The translations under genes were made by a program, and so were the position numbers. A stretch of 64,000 nucleotides of DNA from the NCBI RefSeq assembly GCF_964204645.1, contig NC_134026.1, positions 19,718,467 to 19,782,466 of the forward strand, given 5' to 3'. This document shows, one piece after another, positions 35,286 through 48,372 of the stretch (positions are counted from its first letter, which is position 1; every line of letters starts with the position of its first letter). Source of the DNA: Tubulanus polymorphus. Lineage: Eukaryota > Animalia > Nemertea. The notes under the pieces are model-generated. The model saw only the letters and a list, made by a program, of their open reading frames with translations, was not told the DNA's origin and did no database searches.

Positions 35286-37089
35286 TGACTGATTGGTTCA
35301 AGAAAATATTGATTTCATTACGAATTGAATACCAAGCATGCATACTTTAGAAAATTTGGTCATTAGAGAAAAGAAAGCTCAGAAATTTTCGTGGCCACTT
35401 GCGTAGCTCGTCTGAAAAAAAATTGGCTAATTTGTCATGTATGATTTGGATTTATTAAAAGATGACTCGGACAATTTGGCTAGCGAAGACTCGCAACGTC
35501 AAGGTAATGAATCCGTTATCTCGGTTATGCCAGCATGATTGACGATTAATTAACAGATATTCATTGATTGATTCGTTAATTGATTTGATGAACTAATTAA
35601 ATAAAGATCTCGTCCATGATGATTGTGATGAAGATGATGATAACGACAACAATGTCGTTCGCAATACCGACAGGGTTCATACTTAATTGATTCCTTGAGA
35701 AATCCTCTAAATTGAAAAATTATTTTGAAACTCCTTTTTTTCGGATTTAAAACATTTTCATTAGTCCATGTCTTTCTGTCTACGCACCCAGTGCATAATA
35801 CAAATTACCCATTAACCGCAATCGCACAAGTGCTCTTTACCCGGGCCAAAAAGCTTTCGATCCCCCAAAGAAATCAGAAAATTAAGCTTAGTTTTGGTGT
35901 ATTTCAAAGCAATTATCAGCATTGATAGAATATTGACATCCACTCTGGTAGGGGCTGTAGATATTTTATAAGGGGTGGCTGATTTTCAGAGGGTTGTGGA
36001 TGTAAAAATGAAAGTGGTCGACACCCCTTTATAACCTATTGCGGAGAACACTAGTTATGGGGGTACGCCCCTCAAAATTTTTGTGACCTGAATCTGCGCC
36101 TGGATTGCATTTGATGTTAACAAGCGAGTGATATACCGGTACATGTGAACACACTCTGATTAAATAGATTTGCAAAGCTGGACCAAATTGTTGCAATTGC
36201 GGCATTTGTTTCCGGAAAATAGCACAGAGATATTATTTCAACATTCGCTTATGTTGATTAGTCCTGCTGATTGATTGTGCGATTTGTCCATTTTCTTAAC
36301 CGACCGTTGTGTACCTTTTCGGATTTCGATATTTTCTACATCCTAAAATTCTTGAATACCGATTCTGCAGTAGTAGTATGAACCCTGAATAATCGGAAAT
36401 CAAATTTCGAAAGAAGAGATAAACATATATCAGTGAAAAACGTCGATTTCTGATGAATACTTAGTTCTCAATCTTGTGCATGGTGGGAAACGGGGTCTCA
36501 GCATAATCAAATAGTATAATATCATTATCACTACTATAATTCTAATATTTCGACTGGAAGTCTATCAGAACATCGTATATTTTCATAGCATGAGGAAATT
36601 CTCTTGATTATATCGGCTTTAATAACGTAAAATAAGAAGACCCGCAATTTAATTTTCTTTTTTGGGGGGGGCAAAGGGATAATTTTGAAGTATTTATGGA
36701 AACCTACTACAACACTCACTAAACTAACATACCGCTATCTAGTAGGCTAATTGGATAAAATCATTGAAAATATTAAGAAAAAAAGGATCTTCATCATGAA
36801 ACTTCGTCGCTTCGATGCAGATTGTATTTCTTAAACTAAATATGAGGATAAGCGATGTATGCCCCCTAACCGAGAGTGGTGTCACGGACTTGTGGTGGCC
36901 ATCTTCCGTCAGCTGGGATTTGAACCACGCCGCATAGGTCGGGGATTTGAAAAATTTTACAACAAACCTGGAAAATGTTTTATTGATCACGTGTGTCTTA
37001 ATCGATACGTGATTCATGAAAGGAGGAATACATTGTAACATCTTAAAGCAAGAAATTCCTCGGATTTTGTTTTACAACAAGGGAATACT

Positions 37090-37205
37090 CAGGGCCCGGT
37101 TTTATAGACTAGTATTACCTTTAACCTGTAGGCTAACTTAGTTTATTTTCAATTGAGTTAACCCCCAGGTTAAAGGTAATACCAGTCTATAAAACCGGGC
37201 CCAGG
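37090..37205. mobile_element. MITE family B (full copy, near-perfect palindrome)
   Basis: CAGGGCCCGGTTTTATAGACTAGTATTACCTTTAACC…GGTTAAAGGTAATACCAGTCTATAAAACCGGGCCCAGG. Confidence 0.8.
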
Positions 37206-37924
37206 TCTCTTGTTAATTCGCGGAAAATGGCCTCTGGTCCAGTTGTAGCCACTGGGTGTAAATGGTTCATCTATATTTTTAGAAATGACAAGCTAATTAA
37301 TAGGAGTGTCACTGATCATATTAATATTGCAGTTGACACTGAAGATAATACTCACAAAGATTACTCAAAGAAACTCGCGTTTGGTTAGACTATTAACAAT
37401 AATCTCGTTTTAATCCTTATATGAAATAGATATATATATTCGTGTTGAGAACATTAGAAACACCTATATTCATATGATTCTAATCCTACCTACATAAAAC
37501 AAAATGATTTGCACCAAAAAAATATCCTTTGGATTCGAGTAATTATTTTTAAAGTCTTCGTAACTCAATTTCGTAATTTCCTCATGCTTCGAACAGCCAT
37601 CCCCGCCGAACAAAGCTATGGATTTTTTCTCTTGTGGATATGAAATCTATAATGATCGATTATCACCATATTGAATTGATCACTGCTCGTATTACCCGCC
37701 CCCTTCCCAGTCCCCCTTTAGTTATCCATACAATAATGGGAGTCAGTTCCACAGTTTAAAGCCTAACATAACAGACTTCACAAATTTCATCAGCAGATCA
37801 ATTTTCGCCAAATTTTGCATAGTGCGCCAGTTAACGGGACGTAAATTTTCTATTCAGCAAATTGATTCGCATGAATTGGAGATTATCCCTTTCAGTGCTG
37901 ACTAGTTAATACCTTAAAGTGCTG

Positions 37925-38185
37925 GAGATAATATAAAAGGTTTTTTAGAATTCAACCCCAGTGCATTGAATAGTGGGCATACTGCTTATATGTGTCTACA
38001 CGGCGGTGCGGTGTATCATTAGTTTCTAATGTTTAACTTTGTTTGACAGTAGCTGCCCTCTTTTCATTAGAGATCGAAACTAATTAACAAATACATCTCT
38101 GCACTGCGATGCGTTGTACTATCAAAGTCCATGGCCGATTTATTCACCCCACTGCGGTGTAGACGCGCTGAAAGATCAGCTAATC
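37925..38185 (+). repeat. Family-H hairpin repeat copy, without the MITE-A insertion
   Basis: …agtgctggagataat…gtgtctacacggcggtgcggtgtatcattagtt…cactgcggtgtagacgcgctgaaag…. Confidence 0.7.
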
Positions 38186-38519
38186 AGTTAATCGGCAATT
38201 GCAAATTTTGCCCAGTTGTCACCGCCGAATAATAGGATGTTTTAGTTTCATGCTTACGTTCTTCAATAATTTTCGAAGTTGATCACACTGATCATTCAAT
38301 TGAAACAACGTATGTGAACACATCTCGAAAAACCGAAAACTGGCTCCCGCGGGTCGTAGAAAAGAAATTTGTCGATTCTCCTAGCCGTGAAAGTAGTAAG
38401 CGGGGATGGTTCGAGACGTCGTCCTGTTTATGATTATGTACACACATCTATACGTATTACGATCTCGTGTCATGGCTTACTACTGCTTCGTCTGAGCTTT
38501 GCTTGCCGCTGCTTTACAG

Positions 38520-38663
38520 GCCAGACGAGTTCTTCTACGAGTCCCAATCCAAATAATCCCAGCGAATATTGTTCGACAATCCCACCTCTGCAGCAAGCTC
38601 AAGCCAACGCAAATTCGCCTCCACCTACCGTCATGGTGCCAGTAGGTGTGCTCAAGAGGGAAG
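38520..38663 (+). CDS. ZFYVE9: SARA-like exon 5 (Smad-binding-domain-like segment)
   Basis: Encodes (G)QTSSSTSPNPNNPSEYCSTIPPLQQAQANANSPPPTVMVPVGVLKRE. Nearly identical to the remembered SARA SBD core SPNPNNPAEYCSTIPPLQQAQA…PPPTVMVPVGVLK. Acceptor gctttacag, donor GTAAGA. Confidence 0.9.
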
Positions 38664-38692
38664 GTAAGATGCATGATTCTCTCTCCTCTTTC

Positions 38693-38696
<4 letters not shown>

Positions 38697-38780
<84 letters not shown>
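38697..38780. repeat. (AT)n microsatellite in a SARA-like intron
   Basis: Read directly. The ORFs 38369..38791 and 38480..38854 run across it. Confidence 0.95.
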
Positions 38781-38783
<3 letters not shown>

Positions 38784-40355
38784 ATATTTGAACCTGGTTT
38801 ATGAAAACTTTGTTTTTTTGTCATTTCGTGAGAAAGAAAATATCTGACGGTCACCTAAATTATCAGAAACTGGCTGAGGGATGACACGCATTATATACAG
38901 GACTAGGAACTTATGAATTTAAGTAAATTCTGTTTTTTAATGTTCTAAAGATCAAAAATACTTTTATTTACCTTTTGACTACCATTCTTTGCCCAATACA
39001 ATGTGGTGCTCTCTCTAGATATTTAATCGTGGTCTCTTGAATCGGGGTAGGGTGACCGTCCTTTTTTACGACGCAAAAAGAATTCGATTGATGAAGTGCA
39101 AACTAGCAATCACGTAAGCCAGGTTCACGATGGATCATTTAGCGCGACTGATTTATCTGTTAATTACTATCGATAGTACATCCAACTGGGAGCAATGATT
39201 CTCTCCCAATATCAAACATCCATCAAATCAATTAAATACAGTCAGTGCCACAATATCGATGAGAGACATCGCGAAATTCAAAAGTTTATATAGAAATTTC
39301 GTCATGTCATCGTCTATTTATTCCGAACGTATTTATTTTGCCCGTTAACAAAAAAAGAATTTGGCGAGAATTTCGAAATGTTTCGACTCCTCAATAATCC
39401 GTTATTCTTTTTTAATTTCGTTCCAATGCGTTTGCTAAAACATGTTTGTTTTTTGCGTTGAGGTTTCGTTACTTAACTGATGTCTACATTTGAATCTCGA
39501 ATTAAGCACTTCTTCAGAGTCTATTCTTGCTGTTAGTTTTATCGGCTGTTAGAAATCGGTCATCCTGGTTCTGTAGCGAGTCTTACCCCGATTTGGTTCT
39601 ACAGCCTATAGTTAGTCTTAAGACCTGGCCTGTCGGTCCTAAGATGGTCATTGATCTCAGACCACTTTATAATTTGCCATGTAACTGTGCCAAATGGCGT
39701 ATCAGTCCTACTATAAGTGACCATTCTTGGGTATATACTCTAGGTCCCTATTGCTCAATACTAGGATCCTCATAATAGGTAGATTGTGTGTTGGTATTAT
39801 GATATTTTTTTTGCATGAATTGTGGATTTCACTTCTAACTTGTTCAACTATAGCAAATTTCTGTTTGTTTGCAATATGCGCAAAACTGTGTCCTCCATCA
39901 TTTTTAAAATGACTCCTTGTCGAGGATCAATTTTAATTCATTCTCGATACCGATCGATAAGCAAAAATAGAGGTAACTGAGTGAGGGTGTTGTGCGACTA
40001 ACAAAATCAGCTGAACTGAATTTGTGTTTGGGCCCATTGAAATAAACTATGTCTCTAGTTTTTGTTGAATGAAAAAATTGTATTTGAAAATGAAAATTGA
40101 ATGTACATAGTGCACAGCTTTCAGATCATTAAAATCATATTTTCCTGGTTCATTGAAATAAGACCTGTATATAATTCAATTGCTATCATTTCGAAAATAT
40201 CTACCATCACGAATAAGTATGGTACGGCTAGTTTCTCCGATGCCGTTTTGATAGAGGATTTCCTTGTTTCCGAAAAAAAAATAACGAGTATTGATTAAAA
40301 AAGGAATTTCAAGCAATCGAAACTAAATGATTTCAAACGTCTGGTCTGACAATAG

Positions 40356-40517
40356 GAAGCATGAAACGCGGCGAACCGAAGAACGTGATGTTTTCCGATG
40401 GTATTCGACCGGGAGGTGACCTCACCGAACTGGACGGTTCATCCGAAGTCAGTATACCCGTGCGCAAAGCGGGACGATCGGCGCGCAAAGTCGAGAAATC
40501 GTTGCCGGACGGAGCTG
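40356..40517 (+). CDS. ZFYVE9: SARA-like exon 6 (RVxF-type PP1c-docking region)
   Basis: Encodes (G)SMKRGEPKNVMFSDGIRPGGDLTELDGSSEVSIPVRKAGRSARKVEKSLPDGA. KNVMF aligns with the SARA PP1c-binding (R/K)VxF motif …RRVWFADGILPNGE…. Donor GTGAGT. Confidence 0.8.
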
Positions 40518-40730
40518 GTGAGTATGTCGTGCTCAACTGGACACTTGTATTTTTACGGACTCAAAGATTTTGGCCGTTTCTTCCGAATGCGGTTCCATAT
40601 TTGCAAGTTGCTGTTCCAGTTGATGGTAGAAGTTCATTTCAGTCTTTGATATATCTGGGCCGAGCTGCACAGTCATGACTAAACCCGTTCAATGCCGATG
40701 AATTGATACCCTGAAGTGCTGGGCCCAGTT

Positions 40731-41055
40731 TCACAAAAGGTTTAACCTCTGCATTAATTCAGTTTACCTTCAATCGACTTAAGCCTTAATCCTTTTTGTG
40801 TAACTGGGCCCTGGTGATAATTTGAAAATTTTTGAAAAAATTCCACCCCAGCGCATTGAATAACAGGCAATACCGCCATAATGCATCATGGGGTGTATTG
40901 TTATTTACTAACATTTAACTGTGTTTGACAAGTGTCGCCATCTTTTATTAGAGATAATGATTAGCAATTACATCAATACACGGTGATGCGGTGTACTAGC
41001 GAAGTCCATCACCGATTTATACACTATAGTGAAGATGCACTGAAAAGGGTTAAAG
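40731..41055 (+). mobile_element. Composite of MITE-A (40731-40810) plus a family-H hairpin repeat (40811-41055)
   Basis: Same architecture as 30209-30565. Confidence 0.7.
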
Positions 41056-42315
41056 TTGAAAAGTTGTCTCAAATCTTAAGACTTGTTTTAAGTTATTAGA
41101 TTGGTTATAGAAATAATTTGGTCTTAGACTGGTCTTAAATATAAGCCATGACTGTGCATTTGGTCCGTGAAGTCAATTTCAAACCCAGAACTGATAATAT
41201 AAGCATAATCCCTATTCACTGTAATTAATTCTCTGTGATATGTTTGGCCGTAAGATAAACTGTGGATGTACAAGCTGGAGAGGACATTCTTTCCTCATTT
41301 GAAGAGAGAAGCTAGCGGGCTCTCTTCCAGGAAGAGAAATCCTAGAATCAGTGCACATCTATTCAGCGCACACTTGCCAACAGTACAAAGGACTATTTCA
41401 ATCTTGATGAACAGTGCCTCAGACCTCTCTAGTTCGTACGTCCATGGATAAACCAATAATTGGACAATATATTTCGGCTCTTCTGCATCACCCATCATAA
41501 AATTGGTTCACAGTTCCCGCAGTCCCCGGAAATCGGGAAAAAATTAGGAATTTTCCCAAATTGGAAATATTAGTGAATTTAATCGATTCTCCCTAAACCC
41601 GGATAATATGATGGTTTATGCCGAAAATTGGAGAATCATGATGAAATACATGAGAAAAAACATTCAATTACGAACTCGTGTAACTGCGGGAACCGTGAAT
41701 GAAGGCTGATGATGGTCCACCTTGAATGAGCCGAAACATTGTGGTGTCGATGAACTCTTCAAATCCTTAACTATTTACGTGAGATTTTTCGCTTTCTATA
41801 TAGAAGTTAGATATATTCTAACGAGATGTTTTACACGACGAACACTTAAAATGCCTTAGTGAATGGGGTACCGGCACTCCCTGAATGGCGCCACAAAACA
41901 CTGGGTTACTCGTAGTCAAAATCAGTTCTTTAAATTTGATTTTTAGGCTTAAAAATCTGAGTAATAAAACCAGTCATCGGATAGATATAAGATTCCCTTT
42001 CTCACTCAGTACACGGGCACCAAAGACAAACTTTTTGGCACTTCCATTCAACAGAGATACCATATGGACGTAGTATGTTTACATAGTATTGTATTGATTT
42101 CACTGAAAATTGATTTATTAATGAGAAAAGTTGACTGGAATTAAATTGAAACGTAGAAGGAATTTGAAGCACGGTTACCCAGTGCCACTGGCAATCCCGC
42201 CGTAGACATTCCACACGCCATCAACAACAATTCAAATTCGCATTCTAATCGCGCAATCCTTCCTTATGATTCCGAAATGTTGATCACGTTTCTTTTTGAA
42301 ATGATTCGCCTGCAG

Positions 42316-42426
42316 CCTCCGATGCCGGTGCCGTTCGCACAAAGACCAAGAAACTTCCGGAGACCGATCGTAACGTGTGTCTGATACCTGATAGTGGGTT
42401 ACCTCCAGTTTTACTCTCCGATCGAG
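42316..42426 (+). CDS. ZFYVE9: SARA-like exon 7
   Basis: Encodes (A)SDAGAVRTKTKKLPETDRNVCLIPDSGLPPVLLSDR (SARA: …NLIPEDGLPPILISTGV…). Acceptor cgcctgcag, donor GTTTGT. Confidence 0.7.
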
Positions 42427-42574
42427 GTTTGTCTGCAATGCACTTTTCTACATATATTTTACGTGTTGTATGATGTACGTGCCGGATAGTTCGCATGTAC
42501 GGTGAAACCTCTCTATAGTGAATGCTCTCGGTTCCGAATAAAACATTTTTTTAAAGTGTTCTCGATAGGTACAG

Positions 42575-42770
42575 ACAAAAGCTGCAATCACACAAGTTTT
42601 TGGCCCGAGTCAAATTTTGCCTGTGTTAGATTAGTATTCTCGGGTGCCAAATGGACCAAATTGACCAGGCCCGAGCCAAATTTTAGGACGTGGGTTTACA
42701 TGTGAACGCGCTCTCCAATTAGGCACAGAATATTTGTCTCGGGTCTGATCCGGGCCAAATCATCATCTAC
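42575..42770. repeat. Dispersed repeat family 3 (copy 2, partial)
   Basis: gctgcaatcacacaagtttttggcccgag…gggtgccaaatggacc…ctctccaattaggcacag… parallels 54715-55210. Confidence 0.6.
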
Positions 42771-43847
42771 ATATGATCACGGCTTATGAAGTAACTCCTT
42801 GTGACATCCTTGTAATTCAACTATACAGTGGCAATTTCTATCAATCGCTGGTCTGTCAACCGCTAGTAACATACGGTCTCTTTTTGTGTTTAAGAATTTG
42901 ATTATACTTATGAATTAAACATCATTGATCCACTATTTACTATAGAGCCCGCCGCACATGGCATAATATTTGTTTCACCAATAAAGAAAACACATTTTTC
43001 ACAGTTTTATCCGCAAACGATAAAACGTTCAACGCACACGGTATAACAAAAACTCGCAGAAAACATTTCTTACACCATGGAATCCAGTGAGCCAACGATT
43101 CAGTTATTCGCATCAATTTTTGTATATGCCATGTGATGCAGTGATGCTCCCTGATTGGTTATTCCGCCGTGGATGTTCGGAAAAACACAAAACGTCCACC
43201 GCACACGGGACAAAAACAGTTTTCGACGATACAAAACTTTTTTCCGCTTTGAGCAGGGCTTGTTTCGTGAAGAACGTTTATATGTTCAGCGTTTTGTGTT
43301 TTGACTCCAACGCATGCTGCGTAACTAGAAATACCGAAAACGTTTTTTTTTTGCGTTTGGCTTTCGGTGGAGAAACATTTGGTACCTTAGGAAGTGTTCA
43401 CTATTCGCTATAGAGAGGTACATTATGTATGCGAAAAGTATAGAAAAATTTTGATTCGAACAAAATGGGTTCATTTGACGGAGGTGTTCACTATAGGGAG
43501 GTGTTCGTTGATGGAGGTTTCACTGCCAACTACGAAATACTTTAGCTTCTATCAGATTAGACCAAAATCCCGATTAGATTGATCTGGATTTAGCAGGTTT
43601 GAGTATATATAGCTTGCATGAGGATTATTGTTTTTGCGGGTATCACATCTATCTCCGGTAGTTATGATAATGCTTTTTTCATCTTGTCACTAACGCATGT
43701 ACTGCACCCATAGTTCTAGTTCGCGTGCCACAGCTATCCTAAGACGAGGTCAATTTGTGAAAATATGGAGAGATTTTGAAGACGGTTTATCAGCTGATGT
43801 GTTTCCATATTACCGCCCCCTGTAACCCTTGGTCCAGTTTTAAGGCG

Positions 43848-44158
43848 GGCGTAGGTCGGCCTTGCGACAGCTTGCGACTCACTGCGAAGCAATTCACTGC
43901 GACCGCCAGCGACGATCGCGTTGCAACGACTCACCGGCCTACGCTACCTTGCGACTGCCAGCGACGCTAGTTGCAATGAGTCGCACATGTTCTACTTTCT
44001 GCGACGCGACTGTCGCAACCGACCTGCGTGCTGTTGCGACTGGCAGCAACTAGTCGCATTCAGTCGCTGACATCCGCATCGCAACCGACTTGCGCGGCCA
44101 CTTGTGAAGCAACGCGACGATCGCTTTGCATCGCAAGGCCGACCTACGCCCGGCTTTA
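43848..44158. mobile_element. About 310-bp palindromic (foldback/MITE-like) element. It has a 22-bp perfect TIR GCGGGCGTAGGTCGGCCTTGCGA and internal GCGAC/TTGCGAC-rich subrepeats.
   Basis: The left end gcgggcgtaggtcggccttgcga equals the reverse complement of the right end tcgcaaggccgacctacgcccg. Flanks are tttaa / ttta. The ORFs 43734-44053 are artefacts. Confidence 0.6.
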
Positions 44159-44895
44159 GAGTGGCTAAGTCAAAAATGGACTTTGATTTGTTTGATTGGT
44201 TTAATATTGGGTCAATATTGGCTTAGCCTCGTCATATTTTGAATCCCAATGGTTTTTGTATTTGTTTGAATATCATTCATAGCCCTTTAAAAATGGTAAA
44301 ATGCACTGGTGAAATGGACAGTAAACCTTGCGCACGTCGGATTGGCGAACGTCGTATAATCGCTTATATCGGATGAATATTGAAAAGAAATTGTGAAATA
44401 AAAAATCTATCAAATCACTCAACAATGACTTGGGCTATTTTTACTGTTCCTGGCTTGAAATCGATGATACAAGTCAACAGTCGTGATTTTAGTCGTCGTT
44501 ATTGTATTAGATAGACAAATATGCTCAAAATATTTCGACATTTTTAAATGATTTCTTGTAGATGTTGATTAAGTACCGGTAGTTCTGTTAACAGAAATTA
44601 ATTCTGAAGTCGTAGTTTTCAGAAAAAGGCTTGAAATTCGACTATTCAGAGGACCTTTCCGATCCAACTTCTGATCCAACTTCCAAACCAACTTCCGATC
44701 CAACTTCCGTAAGGTTTACTGTACTTGCCGTTGGGTAGTTGTGTCATCACTTAAACAATTTCATTTATCCTTACATAGTCTTTGCGCTATCTTATAAAGA
44801 TGATCGAATTACTGCATGCGTCGAATTTCATTCAGATTTCTTTCGATGTAAACTAGTTGACTAACCGAAACATTGTTGTCTTCTGCTTTTTGTAG

Positions 44896-44949
44896 ATTTT
44901 CTCATGGAAGAAGAGCCAGACCCTGAAAAAATTTTACCGAGATTACGCA
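44896..44949 (+). CDS. ZFYVE9: SARA-like exon 8 (small, weaker support)
   Basis: Encodes (D)FLMEEEPDPEKILPRLR. Excellent signals (ctttttgtag / GTAAGT) and phase 1/1 fit. Only loose similarity to the SARA linker. Confidence 0.5.
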
Positions 44950-45331
44950 GTAAGTTTCGTTTAGTGGAACTGTATCGGAATTTCAACGAAGACCCCGTGC
45001 CACTACCCGCCAGATGGCGCGCGTAACGATGGGACAATTTGATCAAAATTTTGTTCATTTTGAATCGATTGATCGTCAAGATTTTTAGCTTAAGATTAGG
45101 ATGTTTATAGTTCATATAGCACAGTTTTTATTCATCAGTCATTTGAAAACAGTCTGTCGCCATCTGGTGGATCCTCAATTCTCGATTGCCACATTCGACT
45201 GCAGCGTCTTTACAATGTTTTAACAATACGATACCCGAAAACTGGATATTTCACCATCATGATCATCGTCGTTATCATCATCTATAATGTATGATCAAAG
45301 TTCACGACACTTCGTACCTTTGATACTTCAG

Positions 45332-45400
45332 GTGATGACCCGAATCCTGTCATTTTTGCAATCAACAAGAATTTGTTCGTTCTAGTCAAAATCATCAACC
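45332..45400 (+). CDS. ZFYVE9: SARA-like exon 9 (start of the C-terminal SARA domain)
   Basis: Encodes (S)DDPNPVIFAINKNLFVLVKIIN (SARA: GGPDPLVFVLNANLLSMVKIVNYVNRK). Acceptor tacttcag, donor GTAAGT. Confidence 0.8.
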
Positions 45401-45791
45401 GTAAGTATGAAAATAGTTAGAAAATTATTTGAGTTATATTGCCACTGTGACAATACAGTGAGGACGGCAAGCTATTACAGTCGGCCTTTGCTCGAAATTG
45501 ACCAATCGGCATTGAGAAGCTAAGTTCTTTCACATTACCAGCCAATCAGGAACTCTGCCAGAGTGCAAATATCGAATTGGAAATATGTTGAATCGTAGTA
45601 TACTTGTAAAAGAACCGGAAGTACGAGTATATTCGTAGCTGGCAGTGAATGTTTGAATGGTGTTTGTAGGGGGATACACCCCTTAATAACTACAACTTGC
45701 AACTTGCCCTGTAGTTGATTTCATTTGCCGGCATCAAATTGAATTCATAACTCCCTCCTGACGTTGATTGTCGTTGTTGAATGCTTTGTAG

Positions 45792-45956
45792 TGGATTGCT
45801 GCGTAGGTCGTATATGCTGGTGTTTTACAACTCGAGGTATGTGCACGGTCGGTCAGGACGAGATCGTTATCGTACTCGAATGTCTACCCGAAGAGAAGAC
45901 GATACCGCGTGACGTATTCTGCCATTTGAACACCGTCTACGAGGAAGCCAGTAAAG
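45792..45956 (+). CDS. ZFYVE9: SARA-like exon 10
   Basis: Encodes (L)DCCVGRICWCFTTRGMCTVGQDEIVIVLECLPEEKTIPRDVFCHLNTVYEEASK (SARA: [35 protein letters not shown]…). Acceptor gctttgtag, donor GTATGT. Confidence 0.9.
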
Positions 45957-46178
45957 GTATGTATGCATTATGTCGCGGTGCCTATGACTCCATGATTCCT
46001 TAAAAACTCTTTAATGCAAAATGTTTTTATGGGTGCTTGAAACAGCTTTTATTTCTTCGATAAGCTCCTGCTACAGAGAGTCATATAGAGTAGCCATGCC
46101 TGGCATCAGAGTGTTAACCCAAACTGAAACTCCAGTGTAAATAGAAGTGAATGAACCCTGTTTCTTTCTAAATTTCAG

Positions 46179-46403
46179 GAAATACAGTGTCTGATCTCGG
46201 TCATACGATATTCGGCCAGAGTTTCCTCGGCAGCCGAGATCACGGCGGTTTTCTGTACATTCGTCCGACATTCCAGTGCCTGAAAAAGCTCATTCTTCCC
46301 GAGCCGCCGTACATATTCGGCATATTGTTGCAAAAGTGGGAGACGCCATGGGCGAAGGTTTTCCCGATTCGACTGATGCTACGACTCGGCGCTGAGTATA
46401 GAT
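46179..46403 (+). CDS. ZFYVE9: SARA-like exon 11
   Basis: …[69 protein letters not shown] is almost identical to vertebrate SARA/endofin. Donor GTGAGT. Confidence 0.95.
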
Positions 46404-46968
46404 GTGAGTACATGTTAATGTCTCGTGGTCGAATGCGCAACCTACAGGGCCTCCACTGGCCTTGATATCGTGGAAACCTCAGGAGATCAGAAAAATCAGG
46501 AAAAAAAAATCAGGGAAAACTCAGGGAATTTGGATAATGCTACTACTGACCATATTTTTCTTTATCAGTACGTTATTCACTAAAAAATGAATGAATTATA
46601 AACGTAGAAATTTCTCTGATTCGCTTAGGGAATTTTGTGTAGTCACATAGGTAAATCAGGGAAAAATGGAACGTGGCCATCCTGAACTGGGATGTCCAAT
46701 TTCTCGGTTGTGATTTCGATGTTTGATATAATTGAGGTATTTTTGCCTAATAGAACGGACACCTGATGCCTCTCGGGGAGATGCATAATCATATTGGTCA
46801 GGAATAATAAAGTTATTGCAAAATTTTTTGAAATATTTCATAGTTATATTTCATTGTTTATTTCATAACTTAAATATTCAGTATTCCTGGAGATGACGGT
46901 TAGGATAATTTTATCGTTTCAATCATAGAATCTTCTGGTTGATCTAGATATGAATGTCTTAATTTCAG

Positions 46969-47156
46969 ACTATCCGTGTCCTTTGATCAGTATACGTTAT
47001 CGCAACTCGATATTCGGAGAGATCGGGCACACGATCATGAACTTGCTGGCCGATTTCCGCGACTATCAGTACATGTTACCGCAAATAAAAGGCGTTGTCG
47101 TTCATATGGAGGACAAACACACGTACATCAATCTACCGCGAAATCGTTACGAAGAC
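46969..47156 (+). CDS. ZFYVE9: SARA-like exon 12
   Basis: Encodes (Y)YPCPLISIRYRNSIFGEIGHTIMNLLADFRDYQYMLPQIKGVVVHMEDKHTYINLPRNRYED. Collinear with SARA. Donor GTAAGT. Confidence 0.95.
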
Positions 47157-47443
47157 GTAAGTCTCACCAGATGCAGCGATTTACCAGGTGGCCATAGTGT
47201 ACGATAGGTCACTAGGGCATCGCGGTAGATCTTTTCTGAGATTCAAATGAAGGCTGGTTTCAATCAAATATATTCTGGTTTGGTAATAGCAATTCCAGAT
47301 GCGGCCTTCTGTCAGGTTTACCGATAATCAGGGTGGCTGAAGTCTGCACGCCATCTATTGGGATAGGTGGTGGCACGGTGCAGTAACTGCGCTGGTTTCA
47401 CTTATACAAATGGCGCCATTATTGATATTACGCCTGATTTCAG

Positions 47444-47594
47444 GTTATGAAAGTGATCAACAACAGTAACGACCACGTTATGGCTTTAGGAACAGGATTC
47501 AGTATTGATGCCGACTCACATCTTGTATGTATACAAAACGAGGAAGGCAATTATCAGACACAGGCAATCAATATACAGAACAAGCCTAGGAAAG
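47444..47594 (+). CDS. ZFYVE9: SARA-like exon 13
   Basis: Encodes [50 protein letters not shown] (SARA: …[28 protein letters not shown]). Donor GTTAGT. Confidence 0.95.
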
Positions 47595-48128
47595 GTTAGT
47601 AAACTTTGCATTTCGATTGGGTAATAAGATGCCCATAGCTCAATGCAGCTATACACCTACATCGGAGCTAAGGTCATGACCTCTTACAAGCATTCAGAAT
47701 TTTTGCTGGACACAATCTCCATAAAATAGCCAGATTTTTGTAACTGAAAAAATTCTAGGGCGGCATTGGGAATGCGCCAACAGGCATACTGCATGGGTAA
47801 TTGACTCGGTTATTAGGAGGCAGATACCTCCCTCCAATGACACCAGCCCTGTTATTATATCTATTGCAGTAAGACTCACTTGACTAAATCATTATTTTGT
47901 CAGCTTTCCAAATGGAACTTTACACTTACTAAAATGAATTCAAAATATAAATTGGAAATGAATAGGGAAGTAGTGATGTAACGTTTTGACTCAATTCTAT
48001 GAGCTATTTTCAAGATTGTCTTTGTTTTTCTTCATGATTGTCGATTTTTTCTTGAAACGAATTGTTGACATTGCCTATGGAAACCGAGGGTTCGGCAGTA
48101 TTTCTATACCCTCCGTTTGTTATTTCAG

Positions 48129-48372
48129 TAACCGGTGCTAGCTTTATTGTATTCAATGGTGCTTTGAAAACGAGTTCGGGATTGACGGCGAAGTCGAGTA
48201 TTGTCGAGGACGGTTTGATGGTGCAGATCACCGGCGAGTCGATGATCTCGTTGAAACAAAATCTACGTGACATGAAAGACTTTCAAATCACGTGCGGCAA
48301 TATCGAATCGGCCGTTCCCGACGAGACCGTTCACGTACAGTGGGTCGACGACGATAAGAACGTCAATATTGG
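48129..48372 (+). CDS. ZFYVE9: SARA-like exon 14
   Basis: Encodes (V)TGASFIVFNGALKTSSGLTAKSSIVEDGLMVQITGESMISLKQNLRDMKDFQITCGN…VHVQWVDDDKNVNI. Collinear with SARA. Donor GTGCGT, phase 2. Confidence 0.95.

Noticed and set aside
36860-36950. tRNA-like GGTTCAAATCCC core
   Set aside because: An isolated T-loop-like motif without a cloverleaf. It is probably a SINE or repeat fragment.
38369-38854. ORFs 38369..38791 (+) and 38480..38854 (−)
   Set aside because: The + ORF is real only for 38520-38663 (SARA-like exon 5). The remainder, and the entire minus ORF, are read-through across the (AT)n microsatellite (IYIYIY…).
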